From the NCBI GenBank assembly GCA_964016885.1, contig OZ024740.1, positions 173,848,001 through 173,912,000 of the forward strand: a stretch of 64,000 nucleotides of DNA. The letters are read 5' to 3'. Positions 48,134 through 63,700 of the stretch are shown one piece after another. Positions within the stretch are counted from its first letter, which is position 1. Every line of letters begins with the position of its first letter. Under the pieces are notes generated by a model. It made no database searches, had not been told where the DNA came from, and saw only the letters and a list, made by a program, of their open reading frames with translations. Made by a program: the position numbers and the translations under genes. The stretch comes from Eledone cirrhosa (Eukaryota).

Positions 48134-49095
48134 GTTGTTGTTGTTGTTCTTCTTCTTCTTGGGAGGGTCGTGGAAGTAGAGTCCTCTATGAAGCAACGAT
48201 CTCCAACTGATCCGGCTGGATTCCCAAGCGGGACCAACCAAACTCATGGATGTTATTCAATCATCTTGCTGAGGGTCTACCCTTGGGTCTCCTGCCGGTT
48301 GGTTTTGCCCGTAAAACCTGTCTAGCGATTCTTTCCTGAGACATTCTAACGACATGCCCATAGTATCGGAGCTGTGACCTCTCAATTCAGAGAAGTAGAG
48401 TCTCTACCTGGAGTAGCTCTGATTTCCGAACCACATACTCTATCGAATAACATTATTCTAAAAGACCCTTCGGAGGAACTCCATTTCGGTCGCGTGTATT
48501 CGGATTGTATTAATTCAGACATTACTCAAGATTAATGACTTTAGATAAGAGTTTGCACAAATACCGAATTGAAAATAGTGAGTTTGAACTTCATCTGCTT
48601 AAATAGAACTCCACTCACGTAGAGTGAAATGTGCTTCCTTGAGAGGATGAGTGTTTCAGTCTTCGCTGCACTGACTTTCAATCCTTCCGCGCAGCACTCG
48701 GCAGCAAATATATCAAGTGCATGTTAGAGATCACCTTCTGGTGCATTAAGTAGCACCATTTCGTCCGCAAATTCCAGCCGACTGATCTTACTCCCGCCAG
48801 TCATGACAGCCCTTCCAGCCCAGTTGCGCATGTCAATCCTGTCCATGAAGATTATAAACAGAAGAGGTGATAGTACGCACCTTTGGCGGAGTCCGACACT
48901 CACATTGAATGGTTCCGAACACATATACTAGGGCATTCGAATAGAGACACAAGAAAGACAAGAAAGTGTTCATCGATTCCATATTTCCGCAGAACCTTCC
49001 ATAACAAGTGCCGTGGAACGCGACCATATGCATTTTTGAGGTCTATGAAACAAGCATACACCTCTTAACAATACTCCCATGATTTATCTAAGATT
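48134..49095 (-). mobile_element. Decayed RTE-type LINE 3' fragment
   Basis: Minus strand CFIDLKNAY, GLRQRCVLSPLLFIIFMD, LEFADEMVL, QLRYYGHV.RM, RRPKGRP; (AAG)n(AAC)n tail at 48134-48160. Confidence 0.8.
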
Positions 49096-50465
49096 TGTCC
49101 AAACTAATACGTCACAGCTTTGAGTGATATATTTGTTGGATTTGGCACTGCTATGAGATTTCGTTGCGTGTATTATATGGAAGGACATGCACAAGAGGAT
49201 GGAGCCCTTGTCTCACATAGAGGTCACTGAAAGGTTGTGGGTGAAGGGTATACACCGCCAAAGATAGTATAGAACTGGTAAAAATCCGACTAGTCAGTTG
49301 ATCCGAAGTGCCATAAGATACGGTAGTTGGGGAAATTGCTTAGTACGTTAATATGTAGTGAGTAGTTGCAATAGGTGAAGAGATGTTGATGGCATGGTAG
49401 AGGTAAAGGTTGGATATTTGTAGAGTCTATATGTCGTTCAGGGATGTGTGTATGAAATGAAACAAATTAACAGAGAGAGCTGAGGCTTGCGTTTATTTCA
49501 GTTACTGCACCAGCGTCTTCAAGTACTGAATGTGTCAATTCAGAATTTAGATATCTCAAGAAAACAGTACAGTAAATGAAAACATGTTTGACAACCTTCA
49601 GCTTACTTAGAAATGCAAGGGAACAAATCAACATAACCATTTGATAGTCTCGTTAACGTTACACAGACCATGGTGATCTTTTAAATATGATATTAAAAAA
49701 AGAAGCAAGATCATAAGAGTATCTGTATATCTAAATTTCTTCCTTGGTAATTTTGTCCTTAAATAGTAAAATTCTCAATTTTAATGAGTGAAAATATGTA
49801 GTCGTAAGGTAAAATATAACAAAAAATACTTTGTGTGACACAGGCATTTTTTTTATTTATAAAAAAAACTTTTAAAGTGAATTATTGAAATGTTTCATAT
49901 AGGAAAACTCTAAACATACAGAACATTGTATTTATAAACTCTCATACAATGCAAGTAGGAGATAGTAGAAATATGACGAATAGACATCTGTGAGAATATG
50001 GTGAAGGACATTTCTTCACGCATCTCTTGATCGCACGGTACCAATATCGAATTTGTAATATTAATCGGCCTAGAAGAACAAATAGTTTGTTTCAGTATTT
50101 AATGATGTTTTAAGTTGAAAAAAAAAGGGAACAGCACGATTGATATATAAAACCCATTCTTCTAATGTCAGGTAACCAGAACCAAAAAGTAGAAATACAA
50201 TTCAAATTATATAAAAGAATAAAATATTTAGTCATAGCATTCAATATGAGCATCAAAAATGCAGGATATAGAAATAGAGGTATGCATGATATGATTTCTA
50301 GATTTGGTTGTGTGCAGGATGTGGAAGGATACGCATAAGATAATAGATCCATTCTCACTCAAAGCCTATGAGTGATGCCCCAAACAACGGAAAGCAGTGT
50401 TAAAAAATTAAATACTGGAACAGAATAAAAATAATAAAACAAAAGATTAATTGCTTCTGATATCA

Positions 50466-50471
50466 TTTATT
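50466..50471 (-). promoter_or_regulatory. Candidate polyadenylation signal of the hemocyanin gene
   Basis: AATAAA on the minus strand ~75 nt after the stop, followed by T-rich sequence. Confidence 0.55.
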
Positions 50472-50546
50472 GAATGAAAATGTGCAAATTTTCATTGAAA
50501 ATCACTGTACAGATTCATTGTATCATATATATGTTTCGTAAACAAG

Positions 50547-51766
50547 TTAATGTTTTTTAGCCGGAGTGAAGAAAACCGTTGGGGGTGTGAGATAGTGACT
50601 GGGCAAGATTTGACCATCGATACCATTAATAGTAACCTTTATATCGAAATCATCGTGAGCATCTAAACGGAGATGTTTCAGACTTGTGGTGATATCATAT
50701 TTAAAAAGACGGTCAAATGCCCAAAACATTTCATTTTCTCCGCCAAGAATACAGAATGTACCTCCAAATGCACATTCACCATCTTTTCTGCAGATATCAA
50801 AGTTAACATCAGCAGATTGACCAATGGTACGAAGCAAGAAACCAGCAAATACTCTGTCTTCATGTTGTATCTCTTGAAGATGGTCTTCCAACTGAGGAAT
50901 GGTCATTCCGTGGAAATTAAGATTATCATAATCATATTCAAGTGTATGGTAATCGAAAGATGTAATACCAGTAGAATGAGCTCTTGTAACAGCATTAGGA
51001 TTGCTGTCTAAGTTGAACGGTTTTAATGGTTTATTTAGTTTATTGATTTCGCAGTTAGCATCATTGTGAGGTAAGCCACGATACTTCTGTAATGCTTGCC
51101 ATATAGCCCAAATACGATCAGTGTTGGAGTGATGAATGTAAAAGAGAGGATCATAGGAAGTATAGTGAAGGGTTGACATACCATATGGACTACTACCACC
51201 AACCCAAGAATGAATAGCGTTGTGGCCTATTTCATACTGGATTTCAAAATCACAGAAATCTGTTTGTTCCAGAGCTAATGCTATCTGGCGATAGAAGAAT
51301 GATTTATCTCCCTTTTCTGGATCATCAAAAAGTTTTGCTCTGGGTGCTCTCGTTGTGTCAGTATTGGCAACATCAATATGGGCATGGTGGAATGAGTTGT
51401 GTTTCTCTTCAGTGACCAGGATAGGTAAATTAGCGAAGGTAGTGGTCCAGTCCCAGTAAGGAATACCAATGTGAGATCCCTTAGCAACTAAAGCATCTTC
51501 CATTTGTTTAACCAACAATCTGTGCCAGTGGGGGAATGTTACCATTCCATGTTGGCAACATGCATATGCTGTACCATTTGGATAATGACATTTGAGGGGC
51601 ATTCCATGATAAGAAGCAATACTCTGGTAACCATTGTCTGAAGTATCAGCTTGTACTTTAGCCATGGCATCTCTTAGTTCTTTGATGTCTGTAGGAGTCA
51701 AGCTATTGACATTCTTCCTGACAATAACACCTTTCACGGGTTCTTTGTGTACCTCTTTCTTGAAAT
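50547..51766 (-). CDS. Hc: Hemocyanin exon 12, FU-g
   Basis: Acceptor AG at 51768-51767, phase 1; ends PAKKH-stop. Confidence 0.95.
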
Positions 51767-54700
51767 CTATAGGGGAACAAGTAAAAAGACAAGAAGAAAT
51801 GAAATGTGTGTTACAAACAAAGGAAGTAAAACGAATAAGTAAAATTTATAAAAAAATGGAGTGAAAAATCAGTAAAAAAAAATACAATTATCGAACAACA
51901 ACAACAATAAAATAACATTTGAAATAAAGTTGCAAATATTAGAAAAGCTGATAAAATATTAAACAAACCTTTAGCTGGAACATATATCATTGAAGGAGCT
52001 GGCAAGGAGTTAGAATCTAATATTTTTCCATCAACGGTTTGGATTTCTACTTCAAGGTGAATAGTGCTTCCATGAACATACAAATCTTCCAAAGGAATGT
52101 GCATTTTATGGAGAACATGGGTAATATCAAGCTTGTAGGTTCTATCGAAATGCCATGGCATTTCATTTTCACCACCAAGTACAAATACTACACCAGCATG
52201 TTCACAAATTTTGTCTTTGCAGAGTTTCAAATGGACATCAGCTGAGGTTTTGATACCAAAGAGTAAGAAGGAAGCAAAAACTCTGTCTACGTTCTGGTGT
52301 TTATGGATAGCCTTTTCCAGTTGATCTATATTCATTCCATGGAATTCGAGGTTATCATATTCATAACCGAGTTTATGGTAGTTAAATAGATGTTGTGGTG
52401 TTGATGCAGCTCTTGTATGTAGATTTGGATTGGATTCCCAAATGAAAGGCTTCATGGGGAATGACAACTGATCCAGAGCACAGTAAGCCTTATCATATGG
52501 TAATTTTCTGTGTTCCTGAAGAGCTTGCCAAATAGCCCAGAGACGATCAACCTGAATTTAAATACAAATAATAGACAGTAATAAACATGATTTTATAATG
52601 GAATAATGGCCTCCGCATAAAGCAAATCACTAAAACATTCATCACATCATACGATGAAATAACAAAGTGAACTAAGCAAGATATGTTTGTATAAAGATAT
52701 TTGTTCTAATCAACAGACATTTATGAATGACTGAGCATTGATCTTTTCGGAAATAGAATGTTCAAAGTAAGTTCAATTTTATTTTACTAAAATACTGACG
52801 TGTTTAAAATATTAGAGTGAAATCAATATAAATGTAGTTGTATCAATATAAATATAATGTATAAATATTTCGTAATTTACCATTGAATGATGAATGTAGA
52901 AGACGGGATCAAAGGAACTATAGACCAAACTGGACATGGCATATTTCTGGTGACCACCAAGGAGGTAGTGAAGAGCATTATGGACTACTTCAAATTGAAC
53001 TTCGAAGTCACAATAATCTTCTTGTTCAAACATCAGAAGTACTTGTTGGTAAAGAATAGACCCCTCTCCTTCACTGATTTCAAATAGTTCTGGTTGTACA
53101 TCTCTAACAGTGTAGGTATCTTCCTGTTTGATGTATCCCCTAAGGAATGGATTCTCGATCACATTATCAGTCCAAGCATCATAGTAGTCAGGATCTGCTA
53201 TAAGTCTAGGTAATTTTGCAATAGGTAATGTCCAATCCCAATAGGGAACGGCAACGTTGGATCCATGTCGGCGCATAGAATCTTCAAAATGTAATAAGTA
53301 AACACGGTGCCAATGTGGGAAGACGGACATTCCATGTAGACAACAAGCATATTGCGGATCTTCTGGACTAGGACAGATCGTTGAACCATGATAACTAGCA
53401 ATTGTCTGGAATCCATGGTCACTTTCATCTTCCTTAACACGAGTAAGAGCTGACATAAGATTTTGAATATCTCTTTCATCCAAAGACGCTACATTTCGTC
53501 GGATATGATTTAGTGGGATGTCAATATCGACGCCTTGGTCTAAAAGAAATTTGAAAAAAATGAAAATTAGTTTCAAATATTGACATTTTTATGCATGAAT
53601 ATTTTCATTTATATTACATAGGAACCTAAAACACTTACGGATAGGTGGGATCCTTATTACAGTTGCTTCTGGAAGAAGGCCAGCTGGCAATTCAGTTCCA
53701 TTGTGGGCAACTATTTTTGTTTTAATAGTGAAAGGTGAATCAAAATGTAACTTCATATCAGAAAGTATATCAGTAATTTCTATCTTGTAAAGACGGTCGA
53801 ATGCCCATGGCATTTCTGCACTGCCTCCCAACACAGCAAAATGACTTCCTTCATGACATTCTCCTGCTTCATTACAGATCTAGAATAAATTAATAATGAG
53901 AAGAAATATATAATTTAATGTTCCTCTCTTTGAAAAGGCACACATGCACTTACATAGACATTGCTTTTTCATGTACTTAACGACACTATCATATTATTCA
54001 TAAATTTGAAATATAAAGCTGTTTAAATGTAGTTAGATGCATATAGTCGATAAACTGCTTATAGTCTTTGGAATTATTTCCAAAGCAATATGAATGAAAA
54101 TACTCTTGTTACATCATTCTAGAAACACTTTCTTATTTTACATCAAGTTGAAAGATATAATATTTTTGACTTTTTACTTACATCAAATGTTGCATAAGCT
54201 GATGAACCAAATCCACTCAACAAAAAGCCAGCAAAAACACGATCGTGCTCTCTTTGGTGTCTGATGTATGACTCTATCTGATTAATAGACATACTGTTAA
54301 TATCTAGAATGTCGTAATCGTAATGGAAGTTTTCTCTGTATCTAAACATATCTTCAGGTTTGGATAATTTCGTGGTGAGATCATTCAAATTGTAAGGAGC
54401 TCCGAAAGCAAAAGGCTTCAAGGGAACCTTCATCAGTTCAAGAGCACAATGAGATTCGTAGGCATTAAGACCTCTCAATTTCTGCAATTCTTGCCAAATA
54501 ACCCACAAACGATCGACACTAGAATGATGTAGGAAGAATAATGGATCGTAGGCTGCATAATGTAAGTGGTTCAAAGAATACTCTTCTTTTCCACCAATCC
54601 ACGAGTGAATGGCATTATGAACAATCTCTAATTGTATTTCAAAATCACAATAATCGGTCTGTTCCAAAGCTAAAGCGATGTTATCAAAGAGCCATGTTTG

Positions 54701-57700
54701 TCTTCCCAGTACTGGATGTTCATACAAATATTCGCTGATGTCACGTTTAGTCATAGTCTCTTCACTAATGAAAGAAATATGACCATGATTAAACGGGTTA
54801 TATGCCTCTATTTTAGTGAAAGGATCAGAATACTTTTCAGAGGTTATAAAATCAGGAATCTTTGAAATAGGACGAGTCCAATCCCAATATGGAACGCCAA
54901 CCTTAGCTCCATGTCTATGTAAAGCTTGTTCAAACTGAACAACGTACAACCTATGCCAGTGTGGGAATGTAGCCATACCATGAAGACAACAGGCATGTCT
55001 GTGTTTGGCAGTTGGGTTTGGACACAGAGGGGGAAGAGCATGGAATGAAGCGATTGCTTCGAAACCGTCAGATGATTTGTCCTTCTGCATTCTTCTCAAA
55101 GCGTGTACCAAAGAATTCATTTCAGACAGAGAGAGTCGTTCAACATTCTTTCGTGTTAAAAGTCCATTGCTATCTTCATGCGTTAAATCAATAGAATGAT
55201 CTGAAAAGATATTAGAATAGAATTACTCTTAGCTGTTAAATAAAGCTCAATTAATATATTATGTAGATATTTTCTGTGGTAAGAAATGGGAATATCGAGC
55301 AACCAGTAAGTAAAATAACGGTGAGTAAATCGGACTGACGGTGTTACTTATTCCGTCATTTAGTATAGTCATCATATAATAGACTGTTACAACCTAGTCA
55401 CTTATTAGCAGTGCACACTGTAACAAAAATGTAATATCTCAATATGATGTTATTAATGAGAAGGCCCTCTATTTGAAGAAATGAATTGTAGGATGCTGGA
55501 TCAATTATTGATCTTCAAACATAAACGACTGAAAAAATAAACAACATTAGATGTGTCAATTCTGAATGTGGTATAAGAGATTCGAGCGTGGACGTGGAAT
55601 AAAAACAGAAAGTAAACATTCTTACCTTGTTTTGGAACAAAGATAATAGTTGGATGTGGGAAAATATCTGAACTGACTGAAGATCCATTAACGGTTGTGA
55701 TTTCAGTTATGACACGGAAATGGCTGTTTTGGTTAAGGCCTAATAATTTCAACTGATCAGTTATTTCATATCGGAAGACACGGTCAAATTGCCATGGCAT
55801 TTCAGACATTCCACCTAATACAGAGAAGACACCGACGTCGTGAGCACAGTTTTCCTCATGTTTAGAAGTAGGGACACAAATGAATATGTGGACATCAGCC
55901 GAAGCCTGTACACCATGAAGTAAGAATCCAGCAAAAACCCTGTCGTGGGACTTTTTCTCATCAATAAGATGTTCCAATTGAGTTATAGTGAGATCATAGA
56001 AGGACAAAGTGTCATATTTATAGTGTAAAATATTTTGGTAATCAAATACATCATTTGGTGTGCTATGAGTGAGTGTTAAACGATCATGGTTTGCGGTAGT
56101 GTTACTGAATGGACGCATGGGTACATTAAGTAGAGGTAATGCACAGTTGGCTTCATTATAAGGTAACTTTCGGAAACGTTGTAATTCTTGCCAAACCGCC
56201 CATAATCTATCAAGATTACTATGATGAAGGAAGAAGACTGGATCATAAGCTGCAAAATCCAATGATGACATAGAGTGAGGATCACGACCACCGAGCCACG
56301 AATGGATAGTGTTGTGAAGTACTTCAAAGTGGACTTCAAACTCACAGAAATCAGTTTGTTCCAAAACGAAAAGAGTGTGTTCGTAAAGGTATTTGTTACC
56401 AAATAATTCTTTTTGTGGATCTCGTTTGGTTTCCGAATTAAGGAACGATATCTTTCCTTTGAAGAATGGATTTGGTTCAATGAGAAGAGTTCTTGAATTG
56501 TAATATGTGGCATCATTGATTAAAGCTGGAAGGTGATCAAATGGTTGTACCCAATCCCAATAAGGTACAGCTACACCGGAACCTCTGGCTAACAATTCGT
56601 TCTCTACTAGAGCAACATATAATCTATGCCAGTGGGGAAAAGTTGGCATGCCATGAATACAACATGTAAACACTTTACTACCATCTTTGTTAGGACACTG
56701 CGCGGGCAATCCGTGGAATGAAGCAATCTGTTCGTATCTACCATCAGCTGTCATATCTTTGAAGGCACTTCTGAGTGATTCAATATCACCTCCAGTTAGA
56801 TCGTGTAGATTTTTCCTAATTCGGTTTGCACTGGTTACAGGTTCGATCCACACACCTGCCTCGCCGAAATTACCTTAAGAAAAGAAACAAAATTATTGAA
56901 TTATGAAAACAGTTAAACAGTGTCATGTCATATATTAAATTAATCATTTCCGAATACACGTGATCCATTGTCAGAGCTGGTCTTGTACAATATAAATAAG
57001 TGACAATATAATTTATATTTATTTTTAGAATATTTAGTTCGATTGGTTATTCAACAATATAAACGCTTTTGACAAGTTAATAGTAACATTGAAGGAAGTA
57101 TATTTTTAAAAGACAATTGTTCTCGTTTACACTCTAACGTTTATGACATTTATATACTATTGGTTACTTACCGAGACCTGGTTCGTAGATAATTGCAGGT
57201 TCAAGTTTGACACCTGTTATCTCATTTCCACCCATGTCGGTCAGGTGGTATTCAATGTGATATTTGTCGTTAAAATGTAGATGTGCATCTTCCATCTGCT
57301 TGGTGATATCAGCTTTGTAAACGCGATCAAATTTCCAAGGCATTTCGTTAGTGCTACCCAGAACGTAAAATTCTCCAGCTTTCACTTGATCGGTGCTCTC
57401 ATGAGCTCTGATATAGAATTCTACCAATGCAGACTTTTTAAAACCTTCCAGCATAAAGGTAGCAAAAATGCGGCTCTCCGCACGACGCCTGTTAATTTCT
57501 CTGTGTAACTGTGGAATAGATAATCCATTTAATTCGAGAATATCATATTCGTAATGGAAATTCTTTTTGTAATCAAATATATCAAAAGGAACTGAATGTT
57601 CCCGAGTCATTGAATCAACATTGATGTCACTGGTAAGACTGAAAGGAGACATTGGTTTTCGTAGGGTTTCAATAGCACAGTTAGCACTGTTGTAACGATG

Positions 57701-60700
57701 TCCTCGGTACTTCTGTAGAGCTTGCCAAATGGCCCAAATTCGGTCAACATTGGAATGATGAAGTATGAAAATAGGATCATAGGCTGTATATTCAAGTGAA
57801 GACATAGAATATTGCTCTGTACCTCCAACAAGTGCGTGGATGTGATTATGAGCAATTTCAAATTGTACTTCGAACGAACAAAAGTCTTCCTGTTCTAAGG
57901 CGTAAAGAACTTCATTTGCTAAGGAAGTGAATTCTCCGAAAGGTGGTTGAAGATATAGGTTTGGACTAGGAGATCGTGTAGTATGTTCACCTAGTTCATC
58001 GATAACACCGCTAAAGAAAGGATTCGGATGACTTTCACCATTCTCATCAGTATATGTTTCTTCTTTTACCAGAGTAGGCAGTTCTGAAATCGGACGTGTC
58101 CAATCCCAATAAGGAATACCATTAGTGTATCCATTTCGTCGTAGACCATTTTCAAAGTTGATTGTCAGCAATCTATGCCAATGAGGGAAAGTTGCCATTC
58201 CGTGATGACAACAAGCATATTTAACTTCAGCCTCAGGACTAGGACACCATTGCGTGGATCCGTGAAAAGCAGCTACTTGTTGATATCCACTGGCAGTTTT
58301 ATCATCTTCGTAAGCTTGTAAAGCCTTCCTAAGAGCATTCATATCTGCGTGGGTCATTGAAGATACATCATGTCTGGAACGATACGTTTCGTCAAAGACA
58401 ACGTCTGATTCATCTGTAAAAATTGATAGAATAAAATATAATTGCCAGTTCTATTTATGAATGGAACTTAAATGAGAATATTAAAAATAAAAAACAATTA
58501 TAAAAGACACTCTTGTAAAAAATATGGAGAATGTTTCAGGTTAATGCAGTTTATATTTGCTCTAAAATGTATTAGAAAATTGGTTGAGTAAAAGAAACTT
58601 ACGTTTCGCAGGAGAGAATAACACGATAGGTTCTGGAATTGCGGTTGCTGGAAGGGCTGTTCCATTCATATCATTAATTTGTAAGTTTATGTGGTATTCA
58701 GCGTGCATATCTACACCAAGCTCAGCCAGTGCTTCAGTAATTTCATATTTATAGAGTCTATCAAACCTCCATTCCATTTCTTTGCTGCCTCCAAGGATTG
58801 TTATTGAACCAGCCATGTAAGTATTACCGCCACTTTCGACATTGATCACAACATTTGCTGATGTTTTGATACCCATCAAAAGGAAACCAATGAACGCACG
58901 ATCTTTAGATTTATGCTCTTCGATATGTCTTTGAAGTTGTCTAACGGACATTCCTCCGAAGAAGAGCGTATCAAATGTATATTGTAACTCAGCTTGATAA
59001 TCATATACATCAGTTGGCACAGCGTGTATATATGTGTGCTTGTTGTTATTCAGTGGTGCTTCAAAGGCAAATGGTTTCAATGGGCGATGGACCTCCGAAA
59101 GAGCACAGTATGGTTTATAGGGCTTTCCACGATGGATCTGCAATGCTTGCCATACTGCCCACATTCTATCAACTTGTGAATGGTGTAGCCAGAAAAGAGG
59201 ATCAAATGATGTATAATGTAAAGTTGACATTGAGTAAGGCTCATTGCCGCCAACCCAAGCGTGAATTGCATTATGGGTAACTTCAAACTGTACTTCGAAA
59301 TCACAGAAATCTTCTTGTTCAAATGCTAACATCATGCCGTCATAGAGATATCCGTGATGTCCTTTTGTTGGTTGTTCAAACAATCTAATATATTAAAATA
59401 AAAATAAATACGAAATATAGAGTTAACCCATGTCATATAGATAAATAAATAAGTTCTAAAATAAGTACTTTAAACAATTTCTGATGTGCGAATAAATTAA
59501 CAGTTTTTAGTGTATTGTAATAGTTCAAACCAAACAAGAATATATATTTGACAACAGTATGTATATAGCACTGGTAATAAAAGTCTAGTTTGAAAATGTG
59601 GAAATGAAAACAAAGATTCTCATAAGAGTCACTTAATCGAATGTTATAAATTAGAATGTTTTATCGAAAGTAATTTAAGGATTGGTGTTTCAAACAGTCT
59701 ATAATCAGAATGAAAATAGATGGGAAATATAGAATTAATCAATGTTATACAGCCACCCAAAGGAAATTGTAACTTTAACAAACAATTTGTGGGAAGGAGT
59801 TTAAATAACATGTTTTTATTAAATTATTAGTGAAATCTATTTACTGCTTTTCAACAATATTTAACTATTGTCATGGGTTCAGTCATAACAGATATGGATA
59901 TAGAAATTGTGTGTTAAAATATAAGTTCATCATTCGAAACCTAATTACGATATATCTTTAACAACTATTTGGATATTTTACTGTTGCGAAAACTGTATAT
60001 TGAAAATGTTGTGGAGATTAAAAAAAAAAAAAATTGAATAGTACCTATTATTACAGTAGATAAATTCAATGTTTTATTGAAAATAATGTACAAACAGTGA
60101 GACTTTATGTTACGTGGGTGGTAAATGAAGTGTATTTCTAAATGTTAAAATGAAGGTATTCAATAAGGCACAGATAATATTTAAAATGTTATAATATTTA
60201 CAAACCTGGCATCAACACTTCTAGCGGTGAAAACATCACCGTGCAAGAATTCAATTGGTGCATGGTAGAAAGGATTTGGTTTTACTTCTTTTGTGTAAGG
60301 ATCTTCATATGTTTCAACAGCAACCAGATGGGGCAATGATGTGCTAGGTGTTGTCCAGTCCCAATAAGGAACACCTATCGGAGATCCACGAGCAAGAAGA
60401 GCATCCTCAAACTGCATAACTACAAGTCTGTGCCAGTGTGGAAAAGTGGCCATTCCATGAGTACAACATGCAACACGGTCAGTAGCATCAGGCTCTGGAC
60501 ATTTAGCAGGAAGACCATGGAATTCAGCTAAGGCTTGGTAACCGTCGATAGATTTATCATCCATGAATCGTTCCATGGCAACTCTCAGTTCGTATTCTTC
60601 CTCTGTTGTCAAACTTTTAAGATCTTTACGGACAGTTAAACCAGATTTATCTATTGCTGCCATATCAGCTGCAATAAAGTTAAAAGGATAATATTTAAAT

Positions 60701-63700
60701 AACAGAAATCAAACAGAATATGTTTTGCAGGAAAATGAAATTACCGTAATAAATATAACTTTACTTGGTTTAGGTTTGGTTATTTGATATTTCAGCCGAG
60801 GCAGTTATACAGGAGATATTGCCTGTATAGTTTAGGTGACCTAGCTAGATTTAGATTTAAGTTATAATAATTTTTAAATTGCTATTTGCAATGTGATATA
60901 CTTTGGTGCCATCCCAACAAGGTTCTGTGATAAGTTACTTTAATATTGTACAATATACTTTGATTTAATGGAGAACATGTATGTAAATTTACCTTTCATA
61001 ATGATTTTCATAGCTTTTGGAAAAGAAATACGGGATGAATGGATGATAGATTTTAGTATGTAATATATTCCTGCTTATAAATATCACAACACATATCATC
61101 TATTTTATAAACTTATATGTACCATCGTGCAATATTTTGAAATATTCTTTAAATAAGTAAAGAATTCTTACTCACCGTCTTTGAAGTCATGAGCGGGAAT
61201 ATATGTGACTGTCGGTCGTGGTATTGTGCCATCGGGCAAGAGAGTGCCATTAATTGCCATAATGTCAGCATGGACGTAGTAGTTGCCATCCAAAGGAATA
61301 CCGAGAGATTTAACAACATCTGTAATCTCAAAGAGGAAAGGATAACCAAAGTTCCAAGTCATCTCGTGTATACCACCAAGAATGAAGAAAGAACCGACAT
61401 GATTGTTACAATTGTCACTGTGTCTTTTGTCTTTACTTGGGACACAAACTGCGATACGGACGTTGGCAGAGGTCTTGATACCTCCTAATCTGAAATTAGC
61501 AAATGCTCGTGGATGATGTTGTCGTTCTTTTAATACTGTATCTAGATGTGGAATGTCCATTCCATTGAGATGAAGATCGTCATAATCATAACCTAGTTCA
61601 TTGTAGTCAAATAGATCAACTGGTTTGGCGTGTTCCTTAGTAAGAGCAATAGGATTGGTGTCACGACCGAACGGTTCCATTGGCTTATGGAACATATTCA
61701 AGCCACAGTTAGCATTACCATCAAGGCCTCTATGTTTCTGGAGAGCTTGCCAAACAGTAAACAAACGTTCAACGTTTGAATGATGCAAGAAGAAGAGTGG
61801 ATCGTAAGAAGTATATTCCAAACTGGACATTGAGTGAGCGAAACGACCACCAACAAGATAATGGATTGGGTTGTGAGCAACTTCAAACTGAACTTCAAAA
61901 TGGCAGTAATCTTCTTGTTCTAAAGCTAAAAGAATACCTTCTAATAAGAAGTTATCTCGTCCCTTCGAAGCTTGGAACAAATGAGTATCTACAGCTCTAG
62001 CAGTGGCTTTGTTCTCAAATTTTATATCTCCAGAGTAGAAGACGTTCTTTTTAGCTTTGTGAGAAGAAGGATCCATAAAAAGTGGATGACTCACGAGCTC
62101 AGGCAGATGACTCAATGGTTGAGTCCAGTCCCAGTAAGGAACACCAAGAGTTGAACCATGGGCTGCCAATGCTTGCTCAAACTGTACAATGTACAGTCTA
62201 TGCCAAAGAGGGAACGTTGGCATACCATGCAAACAACAGACCACAGTACTTCCATCTGGTGCTTTACAATCTGCTGGTTCACCATGGTAGCCTGCGATGG
62301 CTTGGTAACCAGTCGGAGTTTCATCATCCTGCATGGTACGTAGGGCTACCTGCAGATTAAGAACTTCCTCTTCAGATAAGTTGTCCACATTCTTACGGTG
62401 TAAATTACCTGAAATATATAGAAAGAGAAAATGTCTTTAATAATCATATTTATCTGAAATTAGGGATTCTTTTGTGAAATTCTTTCCGAAGTGAATTAAT
62501 TAAATGTTTCACAATTGAAAGTTTTAAATATACAAAATATTGTACATATGATCTGTATTAGAATAAAAATAAGAGATATTAACTGGAGAATTTGGATCTA
62601 AGACGGTCAAGTAATTCATAATCATTTTACTTTGCACCTCAATTCGTTATAGATTTACTGTTGTGTGCATAACATCTAAATATCATGCTCAACTCTAGCA
62701 CGTGTTTGCGTGAAGTTTAGAGCATCCAAATATTATCCTTTCAGTGAAAATTCTTTAGAGGAATTCTCAGTACAAAGCTGCCTAATAACAAGCTTACATT
62801 TGGCATATGAAAAGTTTCAAACGTGGCTGGAATCACTAGGTGGAGCATAGATTATATTTCTTTCAATAAATAATATGTTTAAAGATGCGGTTCTGCCAGC
62901 TTATATAGTCCCCCTGTGTGTACTTATATGCATTGCTCGTCATGGATTGGCAGTATCAGTAGAGTGTCGGACTCTATGCTTTGACGTATACAGTTACGGC
63001 CCTTTATGATCTGAGTTCAAATCCCGCCGAGGTTAACTTTGCCTTTCGATAAAATAAAGTACCAGTAATGCACTGGGTAATTGCTAGCCTTGTGCCAAAA
63101 GTGGAAACAATTATTATTCGTGAGAACCAAAGATTTCTTTTACAACGCGGAATACCTGGTGGGTAACAGCATCAACATTATGCCCTCAAATGAGATATGC
63201 AATTTGTGATGACAAAATAGGACCAATGAATGTACCACGGGTGTATTAATTTGGACTGGCTTACAGGAGGGAAAATTTACTTTTTCGCATTAACAGTTAT
63301 GCTTTTATTTGGAGCTGATGAGGGCAGCAGGATAGATGTCTAAAACCCACTGTTTCTTTAATAGCCAGACTTAACTAAAGTAACCAAATACTCGTCTAAT
63401 TTTATATGAGGTGGTTTAAATTATAATTAGAAGGGAAAGTATTTATTACCTTCTGCACTTTGTCCGGATAACCAGAACTAAAATGTAGAAATATAGTTTT
63501 GATTATATATAAAAGAAAGGCATTTAGACATTGCATTAAATATGAACTTCAAATCAGAATGATATAGAAATATAGACGTGCATATTATAATTTCTAGCAT
63601 TTACCATTTAAATAATTTCTAATATGAAATATATTAATAAAACAGAAAAGTTGACTTCGATATACACGTGAAATCTAATGAATTATGTTCAACTTACGGC

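Noticed and set aside
49470-49535. TTGAAGA...GAAA on the minus strand as a hammerhead
   Set aside because: U3/G8 mismatch and no convincing stems I or III
50673-62360. Plus-strand and alternative-frame ORFs within the hemocyanin gene
   Set aside because: Short shadows of hemocyanin exons with no recognisable motifs
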